Counted from the stretch's first letter, positions 38,798 through 49,011 are shown. The stretch: 64,000 bases of DNA from an uncultured Spirochaetota bacterium (GCA_963835575.1 CAWIGG010000002.1:1600001-1664000), one strand, 5' to 3'. A program made the numbers and translations. Notes: generated by a model not told the origin, from the letters alone.

Positions 38798-39166
38798 AAA
38801 AAGCTCCTTGATTGAAAAACACCATTCTTACTTTAAAATTAATATTCTTTACAACAGCAGCACTTATAGAAAACTTTGGATTTAAATTATCTGACAATTG
38901 ACCGATATTTTCATTACTGATTTAGTTTTATTTTATATAATTATATAATAATAGTCAAAAAATGATAATTGCTCATTAATCCCAAGCCCGGGCGATTTAT
39001 TTTATATTTATCTACAGCAAATATATTTGCTAAATAAATCACTCTGTTCAGGATTTATATTCATCGAATTAAAATATTAAAGGCTCTTTATTGACATTTT
39101 CATTTCTTCAGATTAATTTATACTATTGCTTTTTAAAGTCTAAAAATGAAAAGCAAGGAGTTTTTT

Positions 39167-39490
39167 ATGTCAACGGTAATTCATGTTGATGACGCTAACT
39201 TTGATAATGAAGTGGTCAAGTCTCCTCTGCCTGTTTTAGTCGATTTCTGGGCTGAATGGTGCGCTCCCTGCCGGATGATCGCTCCCATTATTGATGACCT
39301 GGCCGGCGAATATGAAGGAAAATTGATTATAGCAAAGCTTGATGTTGATAAAGGACCGGATGTCTCAACCAAATACGCCGTTACAAGTATTCCGACCCTC
39401 ATCCTCTTTAAGAATGGTACTCCGATGGAAAAAGTAGTCGGCGCCGTCTCAAAAAATAAACTAAAAGGTTTAATCGACAGTGCCCTCTAA
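39167..39490 (+). CDS. trxA: Thioredoxin
   Basis: DFWAEWCAPC and SIPTL motifs. AAGGAG precedes ATG 39167. Confidence 0.95.
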   Translation: MSTVIHVDDANFDNEVVKSPLPVLVDFWAEWCAPCRMIAPIIDDLAGEYEGKLIIAKLDVDKGPDVSTKYAVTSIPTLILFKNGTPMEKVVGAVSKNKLKGLIDSAL

Positions 39491-39959
39491 AAATAATCCC
39501 CCGCTGTATTTAATAAGAAACGCAAGGCTTCCGGACGCCCCTCAGATCTCATCCCTTATCAATACATTCTCCAGGGAAGGCATCATGCTTTCCAAAACTA
39601 CGGAAAATATTATTGAGGATATACGCAATTTTTTTGTGGCTGATTTAAAAGGCCAAATAATAGGCTGCTGTGCAGTATCTTTTTTCACCGAAGAACTTGC
39701 CGAAATCCGATCTGTGGCTATTGATGAAACCTTTAAGGGAAAGGGTATCGGAAGCGATCTGATCAAAAAAGCCGAAGATGTTTTAAAAGAAGAAGGTATA
39801 AAATACGCCTTTGTTTTGACATTGACAGAACTCTTTTTCACAAAGCTCGGATATTTAAAAGTGGATAAATCGAAATACCCCCAAAAAATATGGAGGGACT
39901 GCCTGAGCTGCCCAAAAATCATGCAGTGCGATGAAATTGCCATGGAAAAAAAACTTTAA
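39480..39959 (+). CDS. GNAT N-acetyltransferase (short N-acetylglutamate synthase-like)
   Basis: LAEIRS.A...GKGIG and P.KIW.DC..CPK...CDE.AM motifs. Confidence 0.85.
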   Translation: MPSKNNPPLYLIRNARLPDAPQISSLINTFSREGIMLSKTTENIIEDIRNFFVADLKGQIIGCCAVSFFTEELAEIRSVAIDETFKGKGIGSDLIKKAEDVLKEEGIKYAFVLTLTELFFTKLGYLKVDKSKYPQKIWRDCLSCPKIMQCDEIAMEKKL

Positions 39960-40037
39960 AAGCATTTCCAAAAATTTATTTAAAGATTGGACGTTTTTAT
40001 TTAATTAATTTATATTTGTATTAATAAGGATTATAAT

Positions 40038-41060
40038 ATGGATCCGTATCAGGGATTTTTTGATAGTTTAAATGAAACATTTTCCGCGCCTCAGCACATA
40101 ATATATTTTCTGATCATGCTTTTACTCATGGGGCTTTTCTTTGTGATCATTTATTATATTTACAGGGCTTATCAAAATTCGCTTCAAAAGAAAAAGCTTC
40201 TTGATCAAACCGAGCCTATGTTCAAAATCCCGCCCAAGCATATTACCGGTTTTAATCCCGCGCAGAGGAGAATTCTCAATTCACTCATTGCCGATTTCAA
40301 AACAAGGGAGTTGATCGCGGCGGCAATACCTTCTTCAGTTCTGGAAAGGTATTCCGAATATTTTTATCATCATCTGGGGGAGCTCCAAGTTTCCAATCAG
40401 GTGGCGCAGACTATGGCGAAAAAGATATTTCCAATCACTGAAAAATCAAAAATCGAGATTGAAATCCTTGAAAATAACAAGCTCTATGTTCTGGAAAGGC
40501 CGGCTTTAGCCGCCAACAATAGAGCGGTTGTCATCGATAACCTGGAAGGACTTCCATTCCCTGTACAAAAAGGCATACCGGTGAATGTCTGTTATACTGC
40601 CAATAACGCGTTTATCTGCGGCGAATCAAGTATTGTAAACTTATTACCGGATAAACGTATTGTTCTTTCCTATCCGAAAAATCTTAAAATCTCCGACGAA
40701 CGCCATTACAGCCGTATTCCTGTGGAGAATTTAACCGGGACCCTTGTTCCGGATCATGTTCAAAACGCTTCTGTCATCCATATCTCAATCAAAGACATCA
40801 GTTTTGAAGGCGTCAGGGTCCAGACTCCTTCAATACTGAAAAAAAAGGCGTCTTATTCGCTGTCTTTTATTGATATGACTCTGGATAAGACTTATGATTT
40901 TGATAAAATCGAATGTGTTATTTCAAAAAGCTTCATGATCGGGAATGGGATTTCCGAATACGGTCTGTCTTTTGTTTATCTGGACCAGAACAAACGCGCA
41001 AGATTAAACGAATATTTCCAGGCCCTTGCCGCGAGATTCCAGAAAGAACTCAAATCCTGA
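40038..41060 (+). CDS. Membrane-anchored PilZ-domain (YcgR-like) protein
   Basis: N-terminal TM helix, RHYSR (RxxxR) and DISFEG (DxSxxG). Confidence 0.8.
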   Translation: MDPYQGFFDSLNETFSAPQHIIYFLIMLLLMGLFFVIIYYIYRAYQNSLQKKKLLDQTEPMFKIPPKHITGFNPAQRRILNSLIADFKTRELIAAAIPSSVLERYSEYFYHHLGELQVSNQVAQTMAKKIFPITEKSKIEIEILENNKLYVLERPALAANNRAVVIDNLEGLPFPVQKGIPVNVCYTANNAFICGESSIVNLLPDKRIVLSYPKNLKISDERHYSRIPVENLTGTLVPDHVQNASVIHISIKDISFEGVRVQTPSILKKKASYSLSFIDMTLDKTYDFDKIECVISKSFMIGNGISEYGLSFVYLDQNKRARLNEYFQALAARFQKELKS

Positions 41061-41070
41061 TCAGCCTCAT

Positions 41071-42453
41071 TTATTTTTGAAAATATTTCTTTAAATATTC
41101 AGGCAATTCACTGACTGCGCCCCTGTCCTGTTTCATCGTATCGCGGTCCCGGATTGTCACAGTATCAAGCAATTCAGGATGCTCGCTTTTTCCAATGGTG
41201 TCAAAGTCCACTGTAATGCAGAGAGGCGTCCCGACTTCATCATGCCGGCGATAGCTTTTACCGATGTTGCCGCTGTCCTCATAAAAAATACGTCCGATCC
41301 CGAGCTTCATCAAATTATCTTTTATGGCCCTGGCTTTTTCAACAATGGCCGGGTTATTACGCGCCAGAGGAATGACCGCCACTTTGATCGGCGACAGATG
41401 CGGTTTTAATTTCAGCACAACCCTCTGCGTCCCGTTTTCCAGATCTTCCTCGGTATAGGCTTCGGTCAAAACGGCCAGAACTCCCCTGTCCACACCTGCC
41501 GACGGCTCAATGACAAATGGAACAACCGGTTTCTGTGTATCCGGGTCGGGTATTGTCAGTTTGGCGATTGAATCTTCATTTGGTTCAACCCTTGCCTTAA
41601 GACCGAGTTCAGACTGGCTTTTAGAATGCGAGCCCAGATCAAAATCCGTCCGGTTTGCCACTCCTTCCAGTTCTTCAATGCCATGGGGAAAGCGGTAAAG
41701 AATATCCACCGTCGCCTTCGAATAATGCGCCAATTCCTCAGGCTTTTGATAGTACAGCTGCAGGTTATCGCTGGTCAACCCCTGATCCTGCCACCATTTG
41801 ACCCGCGCGTCCACCCAGTTTTTATGGTATTCATCATCCGTTCCGGGCTTCACAAAGTATTCCAGCTCCATCTGCTCAAACTCACGGACCCTGAAAACAA
41901 AATTCCTCGGCGTTATCTCATTGCGGAACGCTTTTCCTATCTGGGCGATTCCGAACGGCAGCCTCCGCGATGTGGAGTCCACGACATTTTTAAAATTGCA
42001 GAATATGCCCTGGGCTGTTTCCGGCCTCAGGTAGGCATAATTCTCATCGTCCGCCACTGGGCCAACCGTCGTTTTGAACATTAAATTAAAAGGCCGCGGC
42101 TCAGTCAGGTCTTTAGAACCGCATTTTTCACAGCGCCCGTTCTTGACCTGGTCCGCCCTCCACCGGCTTTTGCAGTTCCGGCAATCAACCATGGGATCGA
42201 CAAAAGTCGCTTCATGACCGGAGTGCTTGAGTACAAAGCGATGGGTCAGAATAGCGGCGTCCAGTCCTTCCACATCATCCCTGTCATAAACCATCGCGCG
42301 CCACCATGACGCTTTTAAATTATTTTTCAGCTCAACGCCCAGAGGGCCGTAATCATAAATGCCCTGCAAACCGCCGTATATATCTGAGCCGGGAAATATA
42401 AAACCGCGCCTTTTACAGAGCGCTACTAATGAATCCATTGTTTTTGCCGGCAA
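41071..42453 (-). CDS. glyQS: Glycine--tRNA ligase, alpha2 type
   Basis: [35 protein letters not shown] and VIEPSAG motifs. TTG start after AGGAGG. Confidence 0.95.
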   Translation of the reverse strand: MPAKTMDSLVALCKRRGFIFPGSDIYGGLQGIYDYGPLGVELKNNLKASWWRAMVYDRDDVEGLDAAILTHRFVLKHSGHEATFVDPMVDCRNCKSRWRADQVKNGRCEKCGSKDLTEPRPFNLMFKTTVGPVADDENYAYLRPETAQGIFCNFKNVVDSTSRRLPFGIAQIGKAFRNEITPRNFVFRVREFEQMELEYFVKPGTDDEYHKNWVDARVKWWQDQGLTSDNLQLYYQKPEELAHYSKATVDILYRFPHGIEELEGVANRTDFDLGSHSKSQSELGLKARVEPNEDSIAKLTIPDPDTQKPVVPFVIEPSAGVDRGVLAVLTEAYTEEDLENGTQRVVLKLKPHLSPIKVAVIPLARNNPAIVEKARAIKDNLMKLGIGRIFYEDSGNIGKSYRRHDEVGTPLCITVDFDTIGKSEHPELLDTVTIRDRDTMKQDRGAVSELPEYLKKYFQK

Positions 42454-42959
42454 GGGAATCCTCCTAACATTTCCAAAAACTGAAGGTTTTTGGAAATGAC
42501 TCAATTATAAATTTTTTTGGATAATTGTAATTCTGCTGCCGCTGAGAGTCCGCAAAATAAAATAAGTTTTAATTCTTGTTAAACTTTCGAACCAGGCGAA
42601 CTCAGCGGCTGCATGATTCGATACAATGGCTCTTATTTTACAGCATATCATCTGTTTTTGCAAAAAGAATTGGTATTATATTATTGGAAATTAAATTACA
42701 GGAAGGCACGAAGCGATGCACTGAGCGAAAGCCGAAGTGACGAGAAGGTTAAAATTTGAAATTAAATGTTTTCATACAACTCTAATATTAATTTATATTA
42801 TAATATTTTTTACAATTTAAAATTCACTTTTGAAATCAAATATATTTTGACATATATTGATTTATTTTTTAATTATGAAGATTTATTTACTCAAAACTTC
42901 GTGTCTTCCCGTCTTGTAAGCTATATTTTGGAGAAAAAGTTTACAAAAAATAATTCTTC

Positions 42960-43140
42960 AGTAGAATACCTCCTTGTGGAAGTTGTTGCTCACTACCCGC
43001 CTGCCTTCTGGTTTGAAACCAAGGCACACAGGAAGATTGCCAACTCCACAAGGACCGTTTTGGTCTCTTAAAACAATTGCCAGGATATTCCCTTGAATAA
43101 TCCTGTCGCTCATTACAAGGGTGCCGAAATGGAACGGTCT
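42960..43140 (+). ncRNA. Bridge RNA with target-binding and donor-binding loops
   Basis: Stem CCTTGTGGA..TCCACAAGG encloses guides CTACCCGCCT and CACAGGAAGA. Stem GACCGTT..AACGGTC encloses guides TAAAACAAT and TTACAAG. Confidence 0.85.
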
Positions 43141-43157
43141 GATATTTTAATCTGCTG

Positions 43158-44832
43158 TTGCCTGTCGGTTTTTATAACATGCTTCATGGACATACGGCAG
43201 GGTTCCCGTTAAAATAAAACGGGAGAAAAAGATGGCAAGATTTGAAAAGAACAGCCTGGAGCAGGGTGAGTTCCTCGCGATCAATATAGGCGAGCAGTTT
43301 GATGAGAATTCCAGAGAATTTATACTAAAAGAATTCATCAAAAACCGTATTAAACTGGAGGATTTCGCGGCTTACTATAAGAACGACCATAGAGGCAGAG
43401 AGATTAAAAATCCTCGGGATGTGATCTGTGCGGTACTCTACGGTTACATTACGGGAAATCGTATCAGCCGAAAGATAGAAGATTTGCTGAAAAAACACAT
43501 TGGGTTTATGTATGTTTCAAACCGGCTGAAAATTGACCATTCGGTAATTTGCGAGTTCAAGGTACTTTTTCAGGAAAAGATCGAGGAGTTGTTCAGCCAG
43601 CTTTTATATATACTCAACGAAATGGGGTCTATAGATTGGGACATGGTAGTGGGTGACGGCACAAAGATCAAGGCCTACGCGAGTAAGAATAAGAATGTGG
43701 GAAAGAAACATACCCGGAAGCTGATGGACACTTACCAGAAGATGGCGGAAAAGATTGTGAAACAAGACCTGGAACTGGAAGAATCTTACCGGGAAGGCAA
43801 GCTGGAGCAGCCTTATTACGAAGCGGAGAAGAAGCGGGTATCAAGGCGGAAAAAGATTTACGATAGTGTTTTGAACCAAATCGATGAATACAAAAAACAG
43901 GTAGAGAGAGGGGAAAAGACAGACGAAGAATTCACCAACCTGACTGATCCCGAAAGCAAGCTGATGTCTGGAAATCCGCATAGTGTGTTTATACAGGGAT
44001 ATAATTCGGCGATGATGGTCAGTAATAATGATGTGATTATAGATTTTGAAGCAATCACAACACCGGAAAAACAGCATACGGAAGAAATGGTAAAGAGGGT
44101 GGAACAGAAAAAAGCGGAATTAAAAGTTGATAAGGCTAGCAAATACCTTTTTGATTCGGGTTTTCAGGACATGGAAGAGACAATCCGGATGGTGGAGGAA
44201 GGAAAAGACCTTTATGTGGATACGAAAGAGCGGGATTTCAGTGATAAATCACAGAAGCGAAGAGACTTTAAACTGGAAAAGATTGATGACGAATATATCC
44301 TGGGATGCCGGGGCGGCCGTAAGGAAAATGGGTATTTAGATCGAAATAACCAAAGATATACATTTTTGTATTCACGGAAGGGCTGTGAAAGATGTCCATT
44401 TTTCAGTGAGTGTTATAAAAACATCAAACCGAAAACACAGCAAAAGACAGTAATTTTCAGTGAGTTTGAATTGAATAATCGGTCTAAGATTGATGCTTAT
44501 TTAACAAAACTTTACAGCGAAGAAGGGCAAAAGATATACAACCGCAGGATAGGTAAAGAACACGTATTTTCAAACATCAAAACACAGAAGGGTTATGTTC
44601 AGACAGTTTACAGAGGTCAACGGAAAGTGAATTTGGAGCTATGCTGGGTATCCCTTGCGCATAATTTTATGAAATATGCCCAATATTTGAGAAAATAGAG
44701 AGGATTTTGTATAGTCTGAGTATCGATTATTCGAAATTTATTATTAAAATCAGCTAAGCTGACAAAATTTTTATTTGCCCGCTTATTGTAAGGGGCTGGT
44801 TTGACTCCGAAAATGAAATAACCGACAGGCAA
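43158..44832 (+). mobile_element. IS1182-family insertion sequence nested in the IS110 left end
   Basis: IRs TTGCCTGTCGGTT / AACCGACAGGCAA and 4-bp duplication GCTG (43154-43157, 44833-44836). Confidence 0.88.
43232..44698 (+). CDS. IS1182-family transposase
   Basis: SRKIE, DHSVI..F, DGTKIKA.AS, TDPES, QGYN, FDSGF and EHVFSNIK motifs. Confidence 0.9.
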   Translation: MARFEKNSLEQGEFLAINIGEQFDENSREFILKEFIKNRIKLEDFAAYYKNDHRGREIKNPRDVICAVLYGYITGNRISRKIEDLLKKHIGFMYVSNRLKIDHSVICEFKVLFQEKIEELFSQLLYILNEMGSIDWDMVVGDGTKIKAYASKNKNVGKKHTRKLMDTYQKMAEKIVKQDLELEESYREGKLEQPYYEAEKKRVSRRKKIYDSVLNQIDEYKKQVERGEKTDEEFTNLTDPESKLMSGNPHSVFIQGYNSAMMVSNNDVIIDFEAITTPEKQHTEEMVKRVEQKKAELKVDKASKYLFDSGFQDMEETIRMVEEGKDLYVDTKERDFSDKSQKRRDFKLEKIDDEYILGCRGGRKENGYLDRNNQRYTFLYSRKGCERCPFFSECYKNIKPKTQQKTVIFSEFELNNRSKIDAYLTKLYSEEGQKIYNRRIGKEHVFSNIKTQKGYVQTVYRGQRKVNLELCWVSLAHNFMKYAQYLRK

Positions 44833-44845
44833 GCTGGAGGAAAAA

Positions 44846-46120
44846 ATGCTAATCCGGGATGCTATCGGGATTGATCCCGATTCACAACAGTATGTGTGTA
44901 TGTATGTCAAAGCGGAAGACTGGAAAACGGAACGGAAAGCCTTTCCGGTTACCACAAGCGGCCTTGATAATCTGATCGAATGGACTCGGTCGAAAAATGA
45001 CCCGATTATCGCCATCGAGGGAAGCAACGGGCAGAGTAAGCCCTTAGAGAAAGTGCTTCGTAAGGAATCGATGACCTATTACTCGTTTAAAGCAAGGGAT
45101 GTTGAACAAAAGAGGAAAAGCCAGCTCCCGGCGGGAAAGAACAACGAAAAGGATGCTCATGCCGCCGCTCTTTTGGCTTTAGAGCGTGAAATGAACGGTT
45201 CTCTGGAAAAATGGAGAAGGGTCTATCCTGTTGACAGCGAATTACAGACGATAACCCGGAAATATGAAAGTGTAAGCGGCAGGATCACAGAGGAAATATC
45301 CGGGCTGTGGAAGCTTTTATGCGAGGCTTCCCCGGATGTTTACCTGTTCTTAAGCGGCAAGAATATGGAGACGGATAACAGACATAATGTTTTGAATAGC
45401 GCAGGAGTACTGAATTTGCTGTGTAATTGTCCCGATTTAAGCCAATGGAGGAGATTAAGTGCGGAGAAAATGAAAGAGCTGATGGGTGGAGGCTCTTATA
45501 GAGGCCGGGATAAGACCATCGCCGGCTTACAGGTAATAGCCCAAAGAATCTTGGGTGTAGCGGGCCCCATTTCCATGATGATCCGGCAATCTGCTGAAAA
45601 TATTATTCTTTTGAAAGGCCATAAGGAAGAAATGAAGAAGATTTTGGATAATCTGGCTGAATCCAGGGAAGCTGTCCGGGTTTTAGCCTATGACGAATCC
45701 AATGGCAATGGGTTGAAAGGAATCGGCGTGATCACTGCCTCTACGATGATAGCCGAGATTATTCATATCAATCGTTTTGTTAAAGAGGACAGCCTGGCGT
45801 TATATGCGGGATTCGGTATGGTGGAAGATGAAACCGGAAAGAAAAATAGGGGTGAAAGAAAGAAGATGAAACATACTCACGATTATAACCGCCGTTTGAA
45901 AAACGCCTTTATGAACGCGGCCAAGAACTTTGTTCACTGGAATCCGGACCACCATATTTCCGGCATGCACAGGAATTTGATAAAAAATGGAATGAGCAGG
46001 CTCGAAGCGAATAAAAGGGTTGCCAGAGCATTAGTCCGTAAGATATTTCGGATATTAAAGGACTATGAGTCTGAAAATATAAGGAAAATGGAAGAAAACG
46101 GGGTGGCAAAAGTGGGTTAG
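44846..46120 (+). CDS. IS110-family recombinase (variant catalytic residues)
   Basis: IGID, IAIEG, KNNEKDA, KGIG.ITA...IAEI..I.RF...LALYAG, N.RLKNAF and RVARALVR motifs. Confidence 0.9.
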   Translation: MLIRDAIGIDPDSQQYVCMYVKAEDWKTERKAFPVTTSGLDNLIEWTRSKNDPIIAIEGSNGQSKPLEKVLRKESMTYYSFKARDVEQKRKSQLPAGKNNEKDAHAAALLALEREMNGSLEKWRRVYPVDSELQTITRKYESVSGRITEEISGLWKLLCEASPDVYLFLSGKNMETDNRHNVLNSAGVLNLLCNCPDLSQWRRLSAEKMKELMGGGSYRGRDKTIAGLQVIAQRILGVAGPISMMIRQSAENIILLKGHKEEMKKILDNLAESREAVRVLAYDESNGNGLKGIGVITASTMIAEIIHINRFVKEDSLALYAGFGMVEDETGKKNRGERKKMKHTHDYNRRLKNAFMNAAKNFVHWNPDHHISGMHRNLIKNGMSRLEANKRVARALVRKIFRILKDYESENIRKMEENGVAKVG

Positions 46121-46256
46121 AAACCCTGCGGAAATATTCCGCGAGCAACACCTCCATTTTCTTCCGCCTTTATTATATCGAACTACTGAGGTTTTTTAAA
46201 TATTTTGATTGTTTTTTTCTTGACTTAACTAAAACAATCTTCCTGTAAAATCATTA

Positions 46257-47048
46257 TTATGCAACGCAGGACATGACTGTTTTAGCGCGGTCTGACAATT
46301 TAGTCAGCCTGTTTATTTCTGATTCCATCATGATATCGCCGATCTGTTTTTTAGAAAGGATATACAATTCCTCAAACCTGAGGGCTTCGTTCAACGCGCT
46401 TTCATTTGTCAGCATGACATCACGGGGCAATACAACCTTCCTTGTTTCAATGCAGTCAATATTTTTTGATACAGCCGGATTCTTTAAGAAGTAGTCTATA
46501 CTGACAGCGCTGATGCTGCCTCCGACTGTAAATGAAAATCCTTCCATTTTGGACCTTTTGCCGACATATCCGATCAGGTCCATTAAAAATTGGGAATCGG
46601 GGGTAATGGCACTGTCCATAAAGGAGGCGCTTAAATCCGTTCTGCCCAGCGTGATATTGTCGAGCATCCCCTTACCCATCAGTAAAATCTCTTCCAGCTG
46701 GCCAATGGAATTTTTTGTTTCAATATTAATTGATAATTTTATTTTGTGGTCTTTATAAATACTTTTATAGGCATCCAGGAATTTTTTAAGCCCGAATTTA
46801 CTTTCCACCATCGGAGAGATGAGTCCGTCAACGCCGATTTCAAGCGAATCCTTGATATCCCTGAGGGCTTCAACTCCGCCGATTTTGAGATAAAGCTTTG
46901 TTCCCGCTTGAGTTGTCAGCCTTCTTAAGCGTACAAGATCATTAAAAGAGGAACCTTCGGCTTCAAATTCGGCTTTGACAGCATCCAGATGGAACGTTTC
47001 TTTAAGCAGAAGGATTTGTTCATAAATCTCTTTTTCTATTCCAAACAT
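46257..47048 (-). CDS. HpcH/HpaI aldolase / citrate lyase-like protein
   Basis: KAEFEAEG, KIGG.EA, PMVES, NIET and GRTDLS motifs. Confidence 0.8.
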   Translation of the reverse strand: MFGIEKEIYEQILLLKETFHLDAVKAEFEAEGSSFNDLVRLRRLTTQAGTKLYLKIGGVEALRDIKDSLEIGVDGLISPMVESKFGLKKFLDAYKSIYKDHKIKLSINIETKNSIGQLEEILLMGKGMLDNITLGRTDLSASFMDSAITPDSQFLMDLIGYVGKRSKMEGFSFTVGGSISAVSIDYFLKNPAVSKNIDCIETRKVVLPRDVMLTNESALNEALRFEELYILSKKQIGDIMMESEINRLTKLSDRAKTVMSCVA

Positions 47049-47186
47049 AAAGCTCTCTCCTCATTTTATTTGCTCTTTTACTATTATGTATTTCGATATT
47101 TTTTCTATTTTTATTAGCGGATTGAGTATTTTATTTAGCAGATTGTTTTTTATTTGAAATCATTGCTATCCAAATTACAAATTTAT

Positions 47187-48952
47187 GGCCCTGCTGAAAA
47201 AATTCAAACACAAGCATAGGGGATATTCCGGCAAATTTTCAACCGCACAAGGAAAAAGATTAAGAAATCAAAGGCCATGTCGGCGGCAGCCTTCGATTTA
47301 TCAGCCAAATAGCCCCGATATCTCTTGAAATTAATCCCGATTCCCCTTAAAAGCATGCGGGTTTTGACTTTTACCAGACCACGGAACAAAATCCTGCCGC
47401 TCAAATACTTTGGTTTCAATAAACTCATCAATCCTTCTACGGCAGGGCGTAGTCCCATCAGAAATTTTCCTGCATCCATACATATCAATTCCAAAAATTC
47501 ATCCATCCATTCCCTTTTGGCGTCTATTACCAGCCGACTTTGCTTCTTGCCGACACAGGCCAGACAATTTTCTTTCTTATCGCAGGCGGCACATTTTTTT
47601 ACATCAAAATTCAATACCACGGAACCATCTTCATTTTCAATAATGCTATTCGGGATTTCTCCCGCCGGACACATCCCATATTTGCCGGTTTTTGGGTCTG
47701 TATACTCAGAAAGTTTCGCTTTGTTTTTTATCCCTTCCAGATCGACGCCGCGTATCGCGCTCATTACCAGTTGAACGTCTTCGCCGCTCTCATTCCGAAG
47801 GTCTTCAGAATTATAACCGCCATCGCTTATCGCTGTTTCAATATTCGTTTCCTTTTTTAAATTAGATAGTTGCCTGCGGAATAAATCCCCATCGTCAGCA
47901 TTATTCGATGCGGTTTCTATGCTGGTAATCACCTGCATCGGATTTTGAGGGTCACAGGTTTCAACCGCGTTCACCTTATACCCGACATACTGTTTTCCCC
48001 GCTTCTCCCGGTAGGTCGCGTCTTCGTCCACCGGCGACTGCATCGATGAGGCTTTGATTTCCCGCGGCAGCTTCAGCGTCACCTTGCCTTCTTTTTCTAT
48101 CCGGCATTGTTCCCGCAAAAGTCTCATTGCCTGCCGGAAACTCTTTTGTTTCCTGACTTTATTGTGAAACACGTTCTCTGTAATCAGCCCGAATATTTCC
48201 TCGCCAATTTCCACCGTTTTCGATTCGTAATTCTCCTTTTTCAGTCGATAACTGAATCCGTCCTCATTTTGTTTTAGAAAATCCTTACATCTTTCACTTA
48301 AGGAAAATCCAGCATTGGAAACATCTTCCGCCATATTGGACAACACTTTATGAAACAGCATAACCCGATTCAGCCGCTTGATATTGGCCCCAATCATTAC
48401 AGAATCTGTCCTCTGCAGTCCGGTTTTGATCCCGACCTCTCCAATTAAAAGATCCCGAAACTCATCAAATATAACGTCAAAAAGCCCGTCCTGATTCTCC
48501 GCCACAGCGGCACGAAAATAGTATAACGTCCTGATCGACATCTGCTGCGCGTTGATGTCTTCCAATCCCAGCGCGTATCGAAACGATAAATCATATCGAT
48601 ACCGCTCAAACAACTGTTCATCGGTCAGAGAGAATAGCTCTTTCATGATTTCCAGCCCGGCTAATATGTTGACCGGGAAATTACTCCTACCAAGTTTTGG
48701 GTCATATAGTGGAGCAAACTTCCGCTCATTTATTTTTGAGAAAACTTTCTGGTAAAAAAGCCCGGCCCAGCTTTCATTTAAACTTTCTCTCATTTCCTGG
48801 TTCATTTCATATCTTACCGGATATAAATCCTGTTCTATATGTCTCTGATTCAGCTTGAACATTTTGACCTCTCTCTGATTCATGTGCATATATTATAACG
48901 AGTTATGCAACTTTTGTACATGAATCGGTAGGATTGTTTTTGCAGTAGGGCC
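47187..48952 (-). mobile_element. DDE insertion sequence (IS5/IS1182-related; family uncertain)
   Basis: IRs GGCCCT(G/A)CTG(A/C)AAAAA (14/16) and 6-bp duplication ATTTAT. Confidence 0.9.
47204..48862 (-). CDS. DDE transposase
   Basis: LTDEQL..F..ALG, RTDS, DATYREK, SDGGY, C..C....C and R.AVEG motifs. Confidence 0.88.
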   Translation of the reverse strand: MFKLNQRHIEQDLYPVRYEMNQEMRESLNESWAGLFYQKVFSKINERKFAPLYDPKLGRSNFPVNILAGLEIMKELFSLTDEQLFERYRYDLSFRYALGLEDINAQQMSIRTLYYFRAAVAENQDGLFDVIFDEFRDLLIGEVGIKTGLQRTDSVMIGANIKRLNRVMLFHKVLSNMAEDVSNAGFSLSERCKDFLKQNEDGFSYRLKKENYESKTVEIGEEIFGLITENVFHNKVRKQKSFRQAMRLLREQCRIEKEGKVTLKLPREIKASSMQSPVDEDATYREKRGKQYVGYKVNAVETCDPQNPMQVITSIETASNNADDGDLFRRQLSNLKKETNIETAISDGGYNSEDLRNESGEDVQLVMSAIRGVDLEGIKNKAKLSEYTDPKTGKYGMCPAGEIPNSIIENEDGSVVLNFDVKKCAACDKKENCLACVGKKQSRLVIDAKREWMDEFLELICMDAGKFLMGLRPAVEGLMSLLKPKYLSGRILFRGLVKVKTRMLLRGIGINFKRYRGYLADKSKAAADMAFDFLIFFLVRLKICRNIPYACV

Positions 48953-48976
48953 ATTTATAAAACTAAAATAAAAAAA

Positions 48977-49011
48977 GGACAGTTACAAAAACATGTTTTG
49001 CAACTGCCCTT
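48977..49011. repeat. Palindrome of the same family as 1643-1723 and 1815-1851
   Basis: GGACAGTTACAAAAAC-AT-GTTTTGCAACTGCCC. Confidence 0.65.

Larger units (their letters stand above)
42913..46240 (+). mobile_element. IS110-family element carrying a nested IS1182
   Basis: Both ends share (T)CT(T) (42912-42915 and 46238-46241). Bridge-RNA guides match the joined flanks and the joined ends. The circle junction forms TTGACT-17-TAAGCT. Confidence 0.88.

Noticed and set aside
38201..38815. 204-aa plus-strand ORF, and other short antisense or overlapping ORFs such as 1978-2418, 42766-43071 and 44617-45027
   Set aside because: They shadow well-supported genes or span repeat and RNA regions, and have no recognisable motifs.
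42960..43170. Bridge RNA on the minus strand with a TA core
   Set aside because: The plus-strand reading explains all four guides, a shared CT core and the junction promoter. The minus-strand reading needs nested pseudo-sites.
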